The translations under genes and the position numbers were made by a program. A stretch of 64,000 nucleotides of DNA, taken from IMG/VR virus record IMGVR_UViG_3300028805_000074, positions 1 through 64,000 of that record; one strand, written 5' to 3'. Positions 8,258 through 16,191 of this stretch are shown here, in pieces; within the stretch, counting starts at the first letter, position 1; each line of letters opens with the position of its first letter. The stretch is from a virus. Lineage: Duplodnaviria; Caudoviricetes. Below the pieces are notes generated by a model that saw nothing but the letters and a program-made list of their open reading frames with translations, was not told where the DNA came from and searched no databases.

Positions 8258-8649
8258 GAGGCGAGAGTGTTTAGGGCTGCCGTGACACAGCAGCATACGT
8301 GACAATAAGGAAAGGATGGTCGCCGAGATTGCTGGACCGGCCGAACCGCGAACCCGTTGAACCGATTGTTCGTGTTCTGAGGGTTCACGCCACCACTGTT
8401 GAAGTTCAGGTTCCGCCCGTTGGTGGCGGAGTTGAGCGACGAAGACCAGTAGTTGCCGTTCGACCCGCGATTGTTCCACGACTGCCCGTTGCCGTTGCCG
8501 GAAGCAGGGAAGAAAAGCGTGGCTGCGGTTGCCTCCTGGTACGAGCGGCGCAGGGAGTGGCGCAAGGCCAGGCCAAGCACCGTCTTTGATTTTTCACGCG
8601 GGGCGCTGACCCCGAATGACGGGCAACCTATGAAATACTTCTGGACCAT
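8254..8649 (-). CDS. ORF spanning the TR, in frame with the VR reading; may not be translated
   Basis: ATG after an A-rich leader; its TGA overlaps the RT ATG (ATGA, 8257-8254). Confidence 0.35.
   Translation of the reverse strand: MVQKYFIGCPSFGVSAPREKSKTVLGLALRHSLRRSYQEATAATLFFPASGNGNGQSWNNRGSNGNYWSSSLNSATNGRNLNFNSGGVNPQNTNNRFNGFAVRPVQQSRRPSFPYCHVCCCVTAALNTLAS
8332..8521 (-). repeat. DGR template repeat (TR)
   Basis: AAC-rich; ungapped alignment to 9558-9747 (offset 1226) with 20 mismatches, 19 at TR adenines. Confidence 0.97.
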
Positions 8650-8685
8650 CCTTTTTTCTGTAAATTAAGAGTTAAGAATTAAGAG

Positions 8686-9414
8686 TTAAAAGTGTGCCAG
8701 CAGTTCCTGCTGCGTGTCGAAGAGGAACTGCTGCGCCTGAAACGGCGTGCGGTTAGCGATAGGGTACGACATCACCTTTGACACGATAGACATGATCTTC
8801 TGCAGACGCTCGGGCGATTCCATGAACGGCAGTCGGCTGGCATCGGGCTGTGTGCCCTGCTTGTCCGACTTCTTATCAGACTTGTCCTTCGACAGCGGCA
8901 CCTGATTCTTCCAGTCCATATACATCTTCAGCAGACGCTCATACGAGAGCGGTTCCTTCTCGGCCAGCTCGGCTGGCAGCTCGACGGCCACGTCGATGCG
9001 CAGGGCGTCGACTGGTGTCCACGATATCTGCAACTCCTTTGGCAGATACTTGTCGAACGATTTCTCCTGACAGCCCACGAAGATGTACTCGCCGCCCAGG
9101 TTCTTGGCAAACTTCTTCACCGGCGTAATCGCCTGTCGCTCTTCCTGCGGGTAGCGGCGCTTCATCTCGTCGGGGATTATGACGCCCATCAGCCAGCCGC
9201 TCCACTCGTTAGCGTGCCAGTAGTTGCCGTCGCGCAGCAGGTGGATGACATTCCACGACTTCGAGTCCTGGCGGTCGGCCTCGATGACCTGGATTTCCTG
9301 ATTGGTGAATCCCTTCTTCTCTTCCTGCTGCTGCGGCGTGGGCTTGCTCGCCGGCACCTGCGCGGCGGCCTGCTGCGGGGTCTTGGGCTTGTTGTCGGTT
9401 GTCTCGTTTGCCAT
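8686..9414 (-). CDS. DGR accessory protein, MutS domain I-like
   Basis: VIHLLRDGNYWHANEWSG ... YIFVGCQEKSFDKYL resembles the MutS-I mismatch-binding fold; sits between VR and TR. Confidence 0.6.
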   Translation of the reverse strand: MANETTDNKPKTPQQAAAQVPASKPTPQQQEEKKGFTNQEIQVIEADRQDSKSWNVIHLLRDGNYWHANEWSGWLMGVIIPDEMKRRYPQEERQAITPVKKFAKNLGGEYIFVGCQEKSFDKYLPKELQISWTPVDALRIDVAVELPAELAEKEPLSYERLLKMYMDWKNQVPLSKDKSDKKSDKQGTQPDASRLPFMESPERLQKIMSIVSKVMSYPIANRTPFQAQQFLFDTQQELLAHF

Positions 9415-9455
9415 ATTTCTTATTACCTTTATTATATTACTATTTTCTTTGGTTG

Positions 9456-9525
9456 GTCATCTCCCGCCCCGCCGCTGCTGTACCGCGCTGGGGCGCGGCG
9501 GTGCAGCGGCGCTGCGTGCGATGAC
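9456..9525 (-). other. GC-rich stem-loop downstream of VR (DGR homing element candidate)
   Basis: gtcatc/gatgac outer, gccgctgc/gcagcggc middle, ccgcgc-tggg-gcgcgg inner stems, 30-100 nt after the target stop codon. Confidence 0.7.
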
Positions 9526-9554
9526 GAGGTTGGTGATTTCGGTTGGTCGAAGTA

Positions 9555-10616
9555 TTACTGGACCGGCCGAACCGCGAACCCGTAGAACCGATAGTTCGCG
9601 TACTGAGGGTTCACGCCACCACTGAGGAAGCTCAGGCCCCGCCCGACGGAGGCGGAGTGGAGCGACGAAGACCAGAAGTTGCCGTTCGACCCGCGAGTGT
9701 ACCACGACTGCCCGTAACCGCCGCCGGAAGCAGGGAAGAAAAGCGTGTTACCGTTAATCTTGCTCTGCAGGTGTAGGCCAACGATGCTGTTAATGGTTAC
9801 TCGCTTGTCGGTAGTGTCCGAGTCGATGACGTTGCCGCTGGCATCGAGGTAGTTGATGTTGCTGAACAACTCGTTATACTCGCCAGTAGTAGGCTCACGC
9901 CACGGAGCACCTAAGTTGGCGCGGGCGGCATCGTGGCTCGGGCCGCAGCTGCCCGGATAGGTCAGCGCAGCACCAGGCGTTGACGCATAAGGGCCGTCGT
10001 TTGCCGAACCGAAGTCATGTGCAAAGGCCGACGTGCTGGTGGGATTGAACATCTCCGTATTGCCCCACGACACAAACGAGCATTCGTACTTGTAGGGTGA
10101 CACAGCACCGTCCACCTCCTGGAAACCCGAGTCGGTGGTGACGTCGATGTTGGCCTTGGCCCACAGCAGTCCGCTGGGCAGGCCCATGTCCACGTAGAGG
10201 TCGCTCGGACTGCCGCCCTTCTGCAGTCCCTCCATAGAGACAATCTGATAGCGCGTGCCGTCGTAGACCATTGTCACGATGGTCATCGGACGGATGGTGC
10301 CCGGCTGCAGGGCCTCGCCCATGTAGTAGAGTGCCTTGGCGCCGGTCGAGTTGATGTTCAGCGTGGCGTTAGCGGCGGTGATGCCTTTCGAGAAAAGGAT
10401 GCTCACCGGCATGTTCTTCAGCAGCAGGAAGTTCGACAGTGAGGCCGTCTGCGCCACGGTAGCGCCGCTGGCGGTGGTCTGCGTGCCGTAGCCTGTGCCG
10501 ATGTACGCGGCGTCGAAATTGCCGTTGCTGGCATTGGAGTTAGCGCGAAGGGCCTCCGGGTCCTTGATGGTGCGCCGGTTGCCGTTCTTGTCTTGAATGG
10601 TTGTTGTGTAAGCCAT
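9555..10616 (-). CDS. DGR target: fibre/adhesin with C-terminal C-type-lectin-fold variable domain
   Basis: ATLNINSTGAKALYY fibre-type domain; YVDMGLPSGLLWAKAN...WREPT..E..EL...FFPASG...FWSSS...GFAVRPV domain; VR at the 3' end. Confidence 0.9.
   Translation of the reverse strand: MAYTTTIQDKNGNRRTIKDPEALRANSNASNGNFDAAYIGTGYGTQTTASGATVAQTASLSNFLLLKNMPVSILFSKGITAANATLNINSTGAKALYYMGEALQPGTIRPMTIVTMVYDGTRYQIVSMEGLQKGGSPSDLYVDMGLPSGLLWAKANIDVTTDSGFQEVDGAVSPYKYECSFVSWGNTEMFNPTSTSAFAHDFGSANDGPYASTPGAALTYPGSCGPSHDAARANLGAPWREPTTGEYNELFSNINYLDASGNVIDSDTTDKRVTINSIVGLHLQSKINGNTLFFPASGGGYGQSWYTRGSNGNFWSSSLHSASVGRGLSFLSGGVNPQYANYRFYGFAVRPVQ
9558..9747 (-). repeat. DGR variable repeat (VR)
   Basis: Last 63 codons of the target gene; TR AAC codons read TAC, GGC, CTC, AGC, GTC, CAC etc. 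Confidence 0.97.
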
Positions 10617-10699
10617 AATCTTTTAGTGTTTTATGTTTATGTTAATACTTGATGGATTGTCTGTGTCTTTGAGTGCCGTGACGGCCAGCCTGCAGCGGC

Positions 10700-10960
10700 C
10701 TATCCCAGCACGAGCACTTCACCGGAGAACGCTGCGCCCGAGTAGAACACCAGTGTCTCGCCGACAAACGCCGCCTCGGGGTTGTCGTAGTCGGTGATGT
10801 CGCTCTTAGTGTGGGTATGAGCGAAGTCGGTAATCTGTGACTTTGTGTGGTTGTGGCTGGCGGCGGCCTTGCCGCCAAGACCTTGCTCTATATACGGCTT
10901 CATCTTGTCGTCCCACACGGTCTGCAGGTCGTCGAGCGCCATGTATTTTGCTTTTGTCAT
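10700..10960 (-). CDS. Small fibre-like protein
   Basis: H.HTKS.ITD repeats typical of phage fibres; shares MTK.KYMAL.DLQTVW with the neighbouring gene. Confidence 0.7.
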   Translation of the reverse strand: MTKAKYMALDDLQTVWDDKMKPYIEQGLGGKAAASHNHTKSQITDFAHTHTKSDITDYDNPEAAFVGETLVFYSGAAFSGEVLVLG

Positions 10961-11047
10961 ATCCTTCTTTGTTTATTGAAAATTGAAAAACGAGAAAGGG
11001 AGAGGGAAGGATAACCGGAACCCATCCCTTTCCCATTTGTGAGAGAC

Positions 11048-11785
11048 TTAGACCACGAATGCAGCCAGTTCCTGGGCAGTGACGCGCTCGGGAATCTCAA
11101 ACTCGACGTTCACCACACCGTTGGTAGGTGTCAGGTCTGAGCCGTTCACCTGTACGCCCTGGATGGCAGTGTCGGCCTTGCCCAGCGATGTCTGTACGGC
11201 AGACTCCAGGTCGGTCTTGGGGATGCCAGTAGAGGGCTTGTCGTACTTCGCACTCCAGGCCTGCTGCAGAGCGGCGGTCACGTGGATGTCGGCGTCGGCA
11301 GCGTGGGTGTCGTAGGCGGTCTTCAGGGCGGCGCCCTTACTTCCCTCGTAGGCTGTGCCTGCGGTCTCGCCCAAGGCGATGCTGGCGCTGATCTCGGCGT
11401 AGGCTGAGCCACCCCAGCGGTAGGTCTTGTTGTCGTCGAGGGTCACGTAGATCTTGCCGCCCTCACCCTCTGCGGGCAGGGCTGCGAAGTTAGCGGCCTC
11501 GATAACGTCGTCGACGTAGCTTGGCAGCTGGCTTGACGGAACGTGTCCGTTTTCGTCGAGCGTTGCCACTCCGCTGGCTGCACCCATCTGGGCTGTGGTT
11601 ACATACGAGCCGGCAGCCTGGAATGTAGACTGTGGCAGAAGCGAGCCGTCCTGGAGAACGAGCTGGGCTGTCTCGCCCTGGGCAACTGCGGTCACTGCGA
11701 TGAAGCCGGCAACGATCCAGGGCTTCAGGGTGTTGGTCCATACGGTCTGTAAGTCCGCGAGGGCCATGTACTTCTCTTTTGTCAT
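11048..11785 (-). CDS. Head/tail fibre-like protein
   Basis: GVATLD..G.VP.SQLPSYVDDV, LP..GE.GKIYV and ALGET..TAYEG.KG motifs common in phage fibres. Confidence 0.75.
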   Translation of the reverse strand: MTKEKYMALADLQTVWTNTLKPWIVAGFIAVTAVAQGETAQLVLQDGSLLPQSTFQAAGSYVTTAQMGAASGVATLDENGHVPSSQLPSYVDDVIEAANFAALPAEGEGGKIYVTLDDNKTYRWGGSAYAEISASIALGETAGTAYEGSKGAALKTAYDTHAADADIHVTAALQQAWSAKYDKPSTGIPKTDLESAVQTSLGKADTAIQGVQVNGSDLTPTNGVVNVEFEIPERVTAQELAAFVV

Positions 11786-11864
11786 GTCTTTAAAGAAGAA
11801 TTTAATGAAACATTATGAGGGAATCTCAACCCTCGTTGCTATTTTAGTGTTTAAACTTCGTTTG

Positions 11865-11922
11865 ACTTTCCTCGCGATCGGCCATTGATGCGAGCATCAT
11901 GGCTCTTGCTTAATCGGAAAGT
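11865..11922 (-). repeat. Dispersed GCTCGC-loop hairpin element
   Basis: actttcc/ggaaagt ends; core gagccatgat-gctcgc-atcaatggc-cga on the minus strand. Confidence 0.75.
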
Positions 11923-11927
11923 TGTGC

Positions 11928-12224
11928 TTATATGCTTGCGATGAACTCCAGGGCCCTGCGGCGCATCTCGCCACGGTCCTCGCCCTGCTGCTCGGCCTGG
12001 TCGATGAGTATCTTCACCACCGTGCAGGCTCCCAGCAGATAGCCCATCGGCCCCGCCTTCGGTGCGCCCTCCGCCAGGAGCGAGGCGTACATCTGTCGTG
12101 ATACTTCCACTGCCTCCTTTGCCTCGCGGGGCACGGCGGGCTTGGTGTGGGTCTTCTTCCTTCCGCGAGGTGCGGGGGCCTTGCCGATAGGCTTCTGGGC
12201 CTTTGTCGTTTTCTTTGTCGCCAT
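11928..12224 (-). CDS. Hypothetical protein with basic N-terminus
   Basis: 98-aa ORF, ATG, operon context. Confidence 0.6.
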   Translation of the reverse strand: MATKKTTKAQKPIGKAPAPRGRKKTHTKPAVPREAKEAVEVSRQMYASLLAEGAPKAGPMGYLLGACTVVKILIDQAEQQGEDRGEMRRRALEFIASI

Positions 12225-12237
12225 GATCTTTCTGTGT

Positions 12238-12534
12238 TTATGCGTTAAAGTTGTCGAGTTCGTCCTGTGTCACGCGCTCTGCCGGCGAGAGATTCTCCTT
12301 TACGTCCTTCGAGAGGTCCTGCATCTCCACGCTCTCGTCCTCAATCTGCTTCGAGCCCACCGAGCCCTCGGGTATTTCGACGGTCACGCAGTCGGCGGGC
12401 ACCTCGAACTGATGCCAGTTCACGCGGATGTGACGGAGAATGCGCTGTCCGTCTTTGGTCTTCTCGTAATAGAAGTGGAGCGGCCCGTTGACGTACATGT
12501 GCTCCAGCTTCGATAAGTCTGTGGTTTTTGCCAT
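12238..12534 (-). CDS. Hypothetical virion-associated protein
   Basis: IPEGSVGSKQIEDESVEMQDL repeat-like segment; C-terminal ERVT..EL..F motif. Confidence 0.65.
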   Translation of the reverse strand: MAKTTDLSKLEHMYVNGPLHFYYEKTKDGQRILRHIRVNWHQFEVPADCVTVEIPEGSVGSKQIEDESVEMQDLSKDVKENLSPAERVTQDELDNFNA

Positions 12535-12566
12535 AATCGTCTAATGTTTTGTGTTTGTGTTGTTGT

Positions 12567-12604
12567 CTGCAATTTACTGCGAGGCTCGATGGTAATCAAG
12601 GGCA
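12567..12604 (-). promoter_or_regulatory. Putative phage late promoter, copy 2
   Basis: TGCCCTTGATT-N16-GTAAATTGCAG upstream of ATG 12534. Confidence 0.7.
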
Positions 12605-12684
12605 GCCTGAGCCGAGCGAAGAATCACGAGCTTGCTCGATGATTATTCCGAGGCGATGGTTGCGCTCGGCGAAGCCAAGGGCAG
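12605..12684 (+). repeat. Composite hairpin element (GCTTGC loop) ending in GGCGAAGCC-AAGGGCA
   Basis: gaatcacga-gcttgc-tcgatgattattc-cgag; flanked by direct repeats CAAGGGCAG. Confidence 0.7.
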
Positions 12685-12724
12685 TGCAAACCGGGCGCAT
12701 CCGGCGTGGTCGCAGTTTCCTGTC

Positions 12725-13453
12725 CTACACTTGGAAGGCGGCGAGTTCCTCGGGGCTGACGCGCTCCACCTCGGTCTCCTCGTTGTTCTCCTCGATCTTC
12801 ACGTCGATACGCTCGTCCACGTCGTGCTGTATCGTCTCGTCGTCGCTGATGCCCTGCATAGCACGCATCTGTTCGGGGACGGTGTTGATGGTTCCGTCGT
12901 GGTTGTCACCTTCGATGAGTGTCTTGAACTCATCGCCTGTCATGTTCAGTCTTACCTTGCCCATATCGTCTATCTTGTCTTTGGTTGGGTTCTTGAATGC
13001 GATGCGCTTGCCGTCAGATGTCAGGATGTACTTGCCGTCGGTGTCGGCCAGGTACTCGTCGCCGTCCACCGATACCGTCGTCACCTCCTGATACTGCACC
13101 ACGTGCCGGCACTGGCAGCCCTGGTGTGCCGCTGTGCCACAGCGACACGCCTTTACGCCCACCTCGCAGAGCACCTGCCCGTCGGTGAACTGGCGCGTCT
13201 GCTTGTCGTAGTCGTCGTCCTCGTACCAGCCCTTGAACCATGCGTAGTACGTTCCGCGCAGCGTCCGTTCCAGCGTGAAGTAGTATCGCCCGTCGCTGTC
13301 GAAGAAGCAGTCCTGCTTCTTGATCCTGCGCTGCCGGCGGTAGGGGTCTATGACGGTTATCTCGAAGTCATCCTCCGTCATCAGGAAGTCCTCCTGCGTC
13401 GTGGTCACCATGAACTTGCGGTCGGTGCCGGGATAGTTTGTCGTCTGTGCCAT
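12725..13453 (-). CDS. Hypothetical virion-associated protein
   Basis: 242 aa; YLAD.DGKYILT.DG motif; C-terminal ERVSPEELAAF. Confidence 0.7.
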   Translation of the reverse strand: MAQTTNYPGTDRKFMVTTTQEDFLMTEDDFEITVIDPYRRQRRIKKQDCFFDSDGRYYFTLERTLRGTYYAWFKGWYEDDDYDKQTRQFTDGQVLCEVGVKACRCGTAAHQGCQCRHVVQYQEVTTVSVDGDEYLADTDGKYILTSDGKRIAFKNPTKDKIDDMGKVRLNMTGDEFKTLIEGDNHDGTINTVPEQMRAMQGISDDETIQHDVDERIDVKIEENNEETEVERVSPEELAAFQV

Positions 13454-13465
13454 AGTCCTTTAGTT

Positions 13466-14350
13466 TTATGTTAGTACGAGTTTCTCGCCGCTGAACTCAC
13501 CGCGCTCTGATACTACCAGCGTCTCGCCGACGTGCATGGCACCACCGGTGAAGGCCAGCGTCTCGCCGACGAACACACCGTATGGAGCCGTCACGTAGGC
13601 CTTCATGTCTTCCACCAACTGGTTGTATTGCGCTTGCGTCAGGGTTGTCACGTCGAGCGACAGCTTCGCTCCGCGCACGTACTGCTGCGTTGCATAGTCC
13701 CATGAATAGAAGTAGCCGATGTCGCCCGGGTGGGCTGTCGTGCCGTCGGCAATGTATGGCTGATGACCGTGCATGTTTTCCGCACGGGTGTGGTCGTTTC
13801 CTGCCGTCGTATGGTCGGCGATGGCCGTCCGGTGGTCCTGATCGGCGCGGCTGTGGTCCTCCGACGCCTGCCTGACGCGCAGGTTTTCCGCCTGCACTCG
13901 GGCTTCCTCTGCCTGCGACACGCGGGCCTCGGTGTTTTTGGCAGCGGCGGTGGCGGCCTTTGCCTCGACGGTAGCCTGTACGGCCTGGTCGGCTGCCAGT
14001 GCTATCTCGGCGGCGCTGTCGTCCACGCGAATCATCTCGCCCGTGTCGGTGTGGCGCAGCCACTGTCCGTTGTAGTGCCAGTACATGCCCTGGTACTCGC
14101 CGTTGGCGTCGTAGTAGGGCTCGATGGTCAGCACGGTGTCCTCGGCCACTGCGCTCGACATGAGCGTTATCAGGTGGGGTATCAACACCTTCTTGGCGCT
14201 GTTCTGCTGTGCCCCTGCGGCGTGGAGCAGTATGCTGTCGGTCTTCAGTATGCTCGTGTCGGTGCGGAACACGGGTAGCACGTCGGCAGGCGTCAGGTCG
14301 GAGATGCCGACCTGGTATGTCACGCCGTTGATGGTTACTGTTCCTGTCAT
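13466..14350 (-). CDS. Tail-fibre-associated coiled-coil protein
   Basis: AE.ARV.AE heptads, DH..A repeats, three C-terminal GETLV-type repeats. Confidence 0.7.
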   Translation of the reverse strand: MTGTVTINGVTYQVGISDLTPADVLPVFRTDTSILKTDSILLHAAGAQQNSAKKVLIPHLITLMSSAVAEDTVLTIEPYYDANGEYQGMYWHYNGQWLRHTDTGEMIRVDDSAAEIALAADQAVQATVEAKAATAAAKNTEARVSQAEEARVQAENLRVRQASEDHSRADQDHRTAIADHTTAGNDHTRAENMHGHQPYIADGTTAHPGDIGYFYSWDYATQQYVRGAKLSLDVTTLTQAQYNQLVEDMKAYVTAPYGVFVGETLAFTGGAMHVGETLVVSERGEFSGEKLVLT

Positions 14351-14781
14351 GTTGTCTGTCGTTTGTTATATGTCTTCTTTCCTGTGAATCTTACCCATGC
14401 GAAGGGCCTGCGCTGCTGCAGGTAGGCGCAATCGAGCTGGTTCTGGTAGGCCTCCTGCTCACAGGCGATATTGCGGTATGCCTCGATGTGCGAGCTGTAG
14501 AGGATGCGGCGCACGGCATAGTCAAGCCCATAGCCTGCGTAGTAGACCGCCAGCGACAGGAGCATCCACCACCATGAGAGTCCCGACAGCCATATCACTG
14601 CCGCGATGACTGCAGCCGACAGCAGAAGCACCTCCAGCTGCTGGCGCAGGTGGATCTTCTCGTGGTTCTCCACGTGCGACTTCAGCGGCTTTGCGCCCTT
14701 CCTGGCAAAGACCAGCGGCCACAGCGTGACGGCTGTGTATCCCTTCAGGGGGATGAGACTGTTATAGATAATAATCGCCAT
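14347..14781 (-). CDS. Membrane-associated HExxH protein
   Basis: ATG at 14781 (MAIIIYN..IP.KGY.A.TLWP); NHEKIH; AYRNI..EQEAY. Confidence 0.7.
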   Translation of the reverse strand: MAIIIYNSLIPLKGYTAVTLWPLVFARKGAKPLKSHVENHEKIHLRQQLEVLLLSAAVIAAVIWLSGLSWWWMLLSLAVYYAGYGLDYAVRRILYSSHIEAYRNIACEQEAYQNQLDCAYLQQRRPFAWVRFTGKKTYNKRQTT

Positions 14782-14796
14782 ACTTCTGTTTCTTTC

Positions 14797-14834
14797 CCGC
14801 AATATACATCGCGGCGGCGACGGAATCAAGGGCA
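14797..14834 (-). promoter_or_regulatory. Putative phage late promoter, copy 3
   Basis: TGCCCTTGATT-N16-GTATATTGCGG upstream of ATG 14781. Confidence 0.75.
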
Positions 14835-14984
14835 GTGCAAGCCGAGTGCAGAATCCGCGAGCTTGCTCGACGGTTATGCCGAAGTGACGGAGCAGCGAGA
14901 GCCATGATGCTCGCATCAATGGCCGAGTCGCGTCGGAACTCGACGAATGTCAACCGCAGCCTGCCCTCGGCGAAGCCAGGGGCA
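14835..14984 (+). repeat. Composite element containing two GCTYGC-loop hairpins
   Basis: Hairpins at 14844-14882 and 14894-14927; ends ccgcagcctgccctcggcgaagccaggggca. Confidence 0.75.
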
Positions 14985-15006
14985 ACTCAAAATAATCGCG
15001 AAAACA

Positions 15007-15038
15007 TTTGGCGGTTACGGAATTATTTCATATCTTTG
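15007..15038 (+). promoter_or_regulatory. Canonical Bacteroidetes primary-sigma promoter
   Basis: TTTG (15007-15010), 20-nt spacer, TATCTTTG (15031-15038). Confidence 0.8.
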
Positions 15039-15164
15039 CCACCGATACAGGCTACAACAAACGACAATGGAACAGGCAAAGCAGCGCATGAGATATGGAG
15101 AACAGTCACAGAATCGGGCTTTACCTCCGCGAGGCGGAGGACGGGCCGCTGAACATCATCGGCG

Positions 15165-15599
15165 ATGAAGATATCGAGAGCATCGAGGAGGATCGTTGCG
15201 ACCTGTCGCAATACGAGTGCTCCCTTGACGATCTTGTACGTCGGGCACAGGGTGGGTGACAAGGTGTACAGCTATCCCGTCACGGCCATGTGGGACACGG
15301 GCAGCACGCGCACCGTCATAACTCCCCGGCTGGCGAACAGACTGGGCCTGGAATACGTGGGCGAATGCTCTGCCGACACGGCTAACGGCATAAAGAACGT
15401 GGCGGCGTTCTTCGGTGCATACTTCCGCATCGGCGAGGTGACGTTTGGGCCGCGAGGCGTCGACGTGACGGAGTTCAACAGCGAAGGCGTAGAGACTTAT
15501 GTCGATGTACTTGTCGGCATGGACATCATCAGCAAGGGCGTCCTCACGATTGAGCCTTCGGAAGACAAGCACTACAACTTCTCGTTCGAGTTGAAATAG
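15165..15599 (+). CDS. Retropepsin-like (clan AA) aspartic protease
   Basis: AMWDTGSTRTVI catalytic motif and DVLVGMDII; start overlaps the stop of a 33-codon upstream ORF (15067-15168). Confidence 0.85.
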   Translation: MKISRASRRIVATCRNTSAPLTILYVGHRVGDKVYSYPVTAMWDTGSTRTVITPRLANRLGLEYVGECSADTANGIKNVAAFFGAYFRIGEVTFGPRGVDVTEFNSEGVETYVDVLVGMDIISKGVLTIEPSEDKHYNFSFELK

Positions 15600-15633
15600 C
15601 GCGACAACGGAACAAAATTAAAAGCTACACAAT

Positions 15634-16149
15634 ATGAAGACAAGGATTTTAGTAACCATGGCGCTCGTGGCCGGCATGATGCTGGCGGGGTGCTCGAAAA
15701 GCGAAGACAATATGGAAGAGAATAACGAGAGCGTGAAGAACGAACAGCTGGTCAGCATCATCCGACAGCATATCGTCGGGACGTGGGAGCCTGTAGGAAG
15801 GTATCGCGAGACCAACGGAGTTTCGTTTACCACCGACGAGAACCTTTTCGTAACGATGTTAAATCCTAATGGAGTTGAGGGAGAACCCATAAAAGGCATA
15901 AAAGGCGTTATCACATTCAATGCAGACGGAACATTCTATCTGGATGTAAAAGAGGATGATAAAGACCAGCATTATGAGGGCAATTACACTATTACAGATG
16001 ATATGTGGAGGTTTCTAAAAATCACAAGCAAAGATCCAATTAGCATTTATATTCACAGAGAAGCCCCAATACGTGGTATGAGCTCGGACTATAATCAATT
16101 GTTTCTGATGCAGAACGGCGGCTATACAGATGTTTATAAAAGGAAATAG
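15634..16149 (+). CDS. Lipoprotein, lipocalin-like
   Basis: Lipobox LAG-C; IVGTW; ITFNADGTF; GNYTI. Confidence 0.7.
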   Translation: MKTRILVTMALVAGMMLAGCSKSEDNMEENNESVKNEQLVSIIRQHIVGTWEPVGRYRETNGVSFTTDENLFVTMLNPNGVEGEPIKGIKGVITFNADGTFYLDVKEDDKDQHYEGNYTITDDMWRFLKITSKDPISIYIHREAPIRGMSSDYNQLFLMQNGGYTDVYKRK

Positions 16150-16191
16150 ACACAAAAGAGCGCCCACTCTTTTGTGTCTATTTCCTTTTAT
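16136..16191. terminator. Bidirectional terminator, perfect 25-bp inverted repeat
   Basis: 16136-16160 is the exact reverse complement of 16167-16191; covers both convergent stop codons. Confidence 0.8.

Larger units (their letters stand above)
7072..10616 (-). mobile_element. Diversity-generating retroelement (target/VR - accessory - TR - RT)
   Basis: 190-bp TR/VR pair with adenine-specific mismatches, DGR-type RT, accessory gene, post-VR GC hairpin. Confidence 0.97.

Noticed and set aside
7106-8479. 457-aa ORF as a separate gene
   Set aside because: Only 8257-8036 is meaningful (RT N-terminus); the rest is out-of-frame read-through of TR and RT
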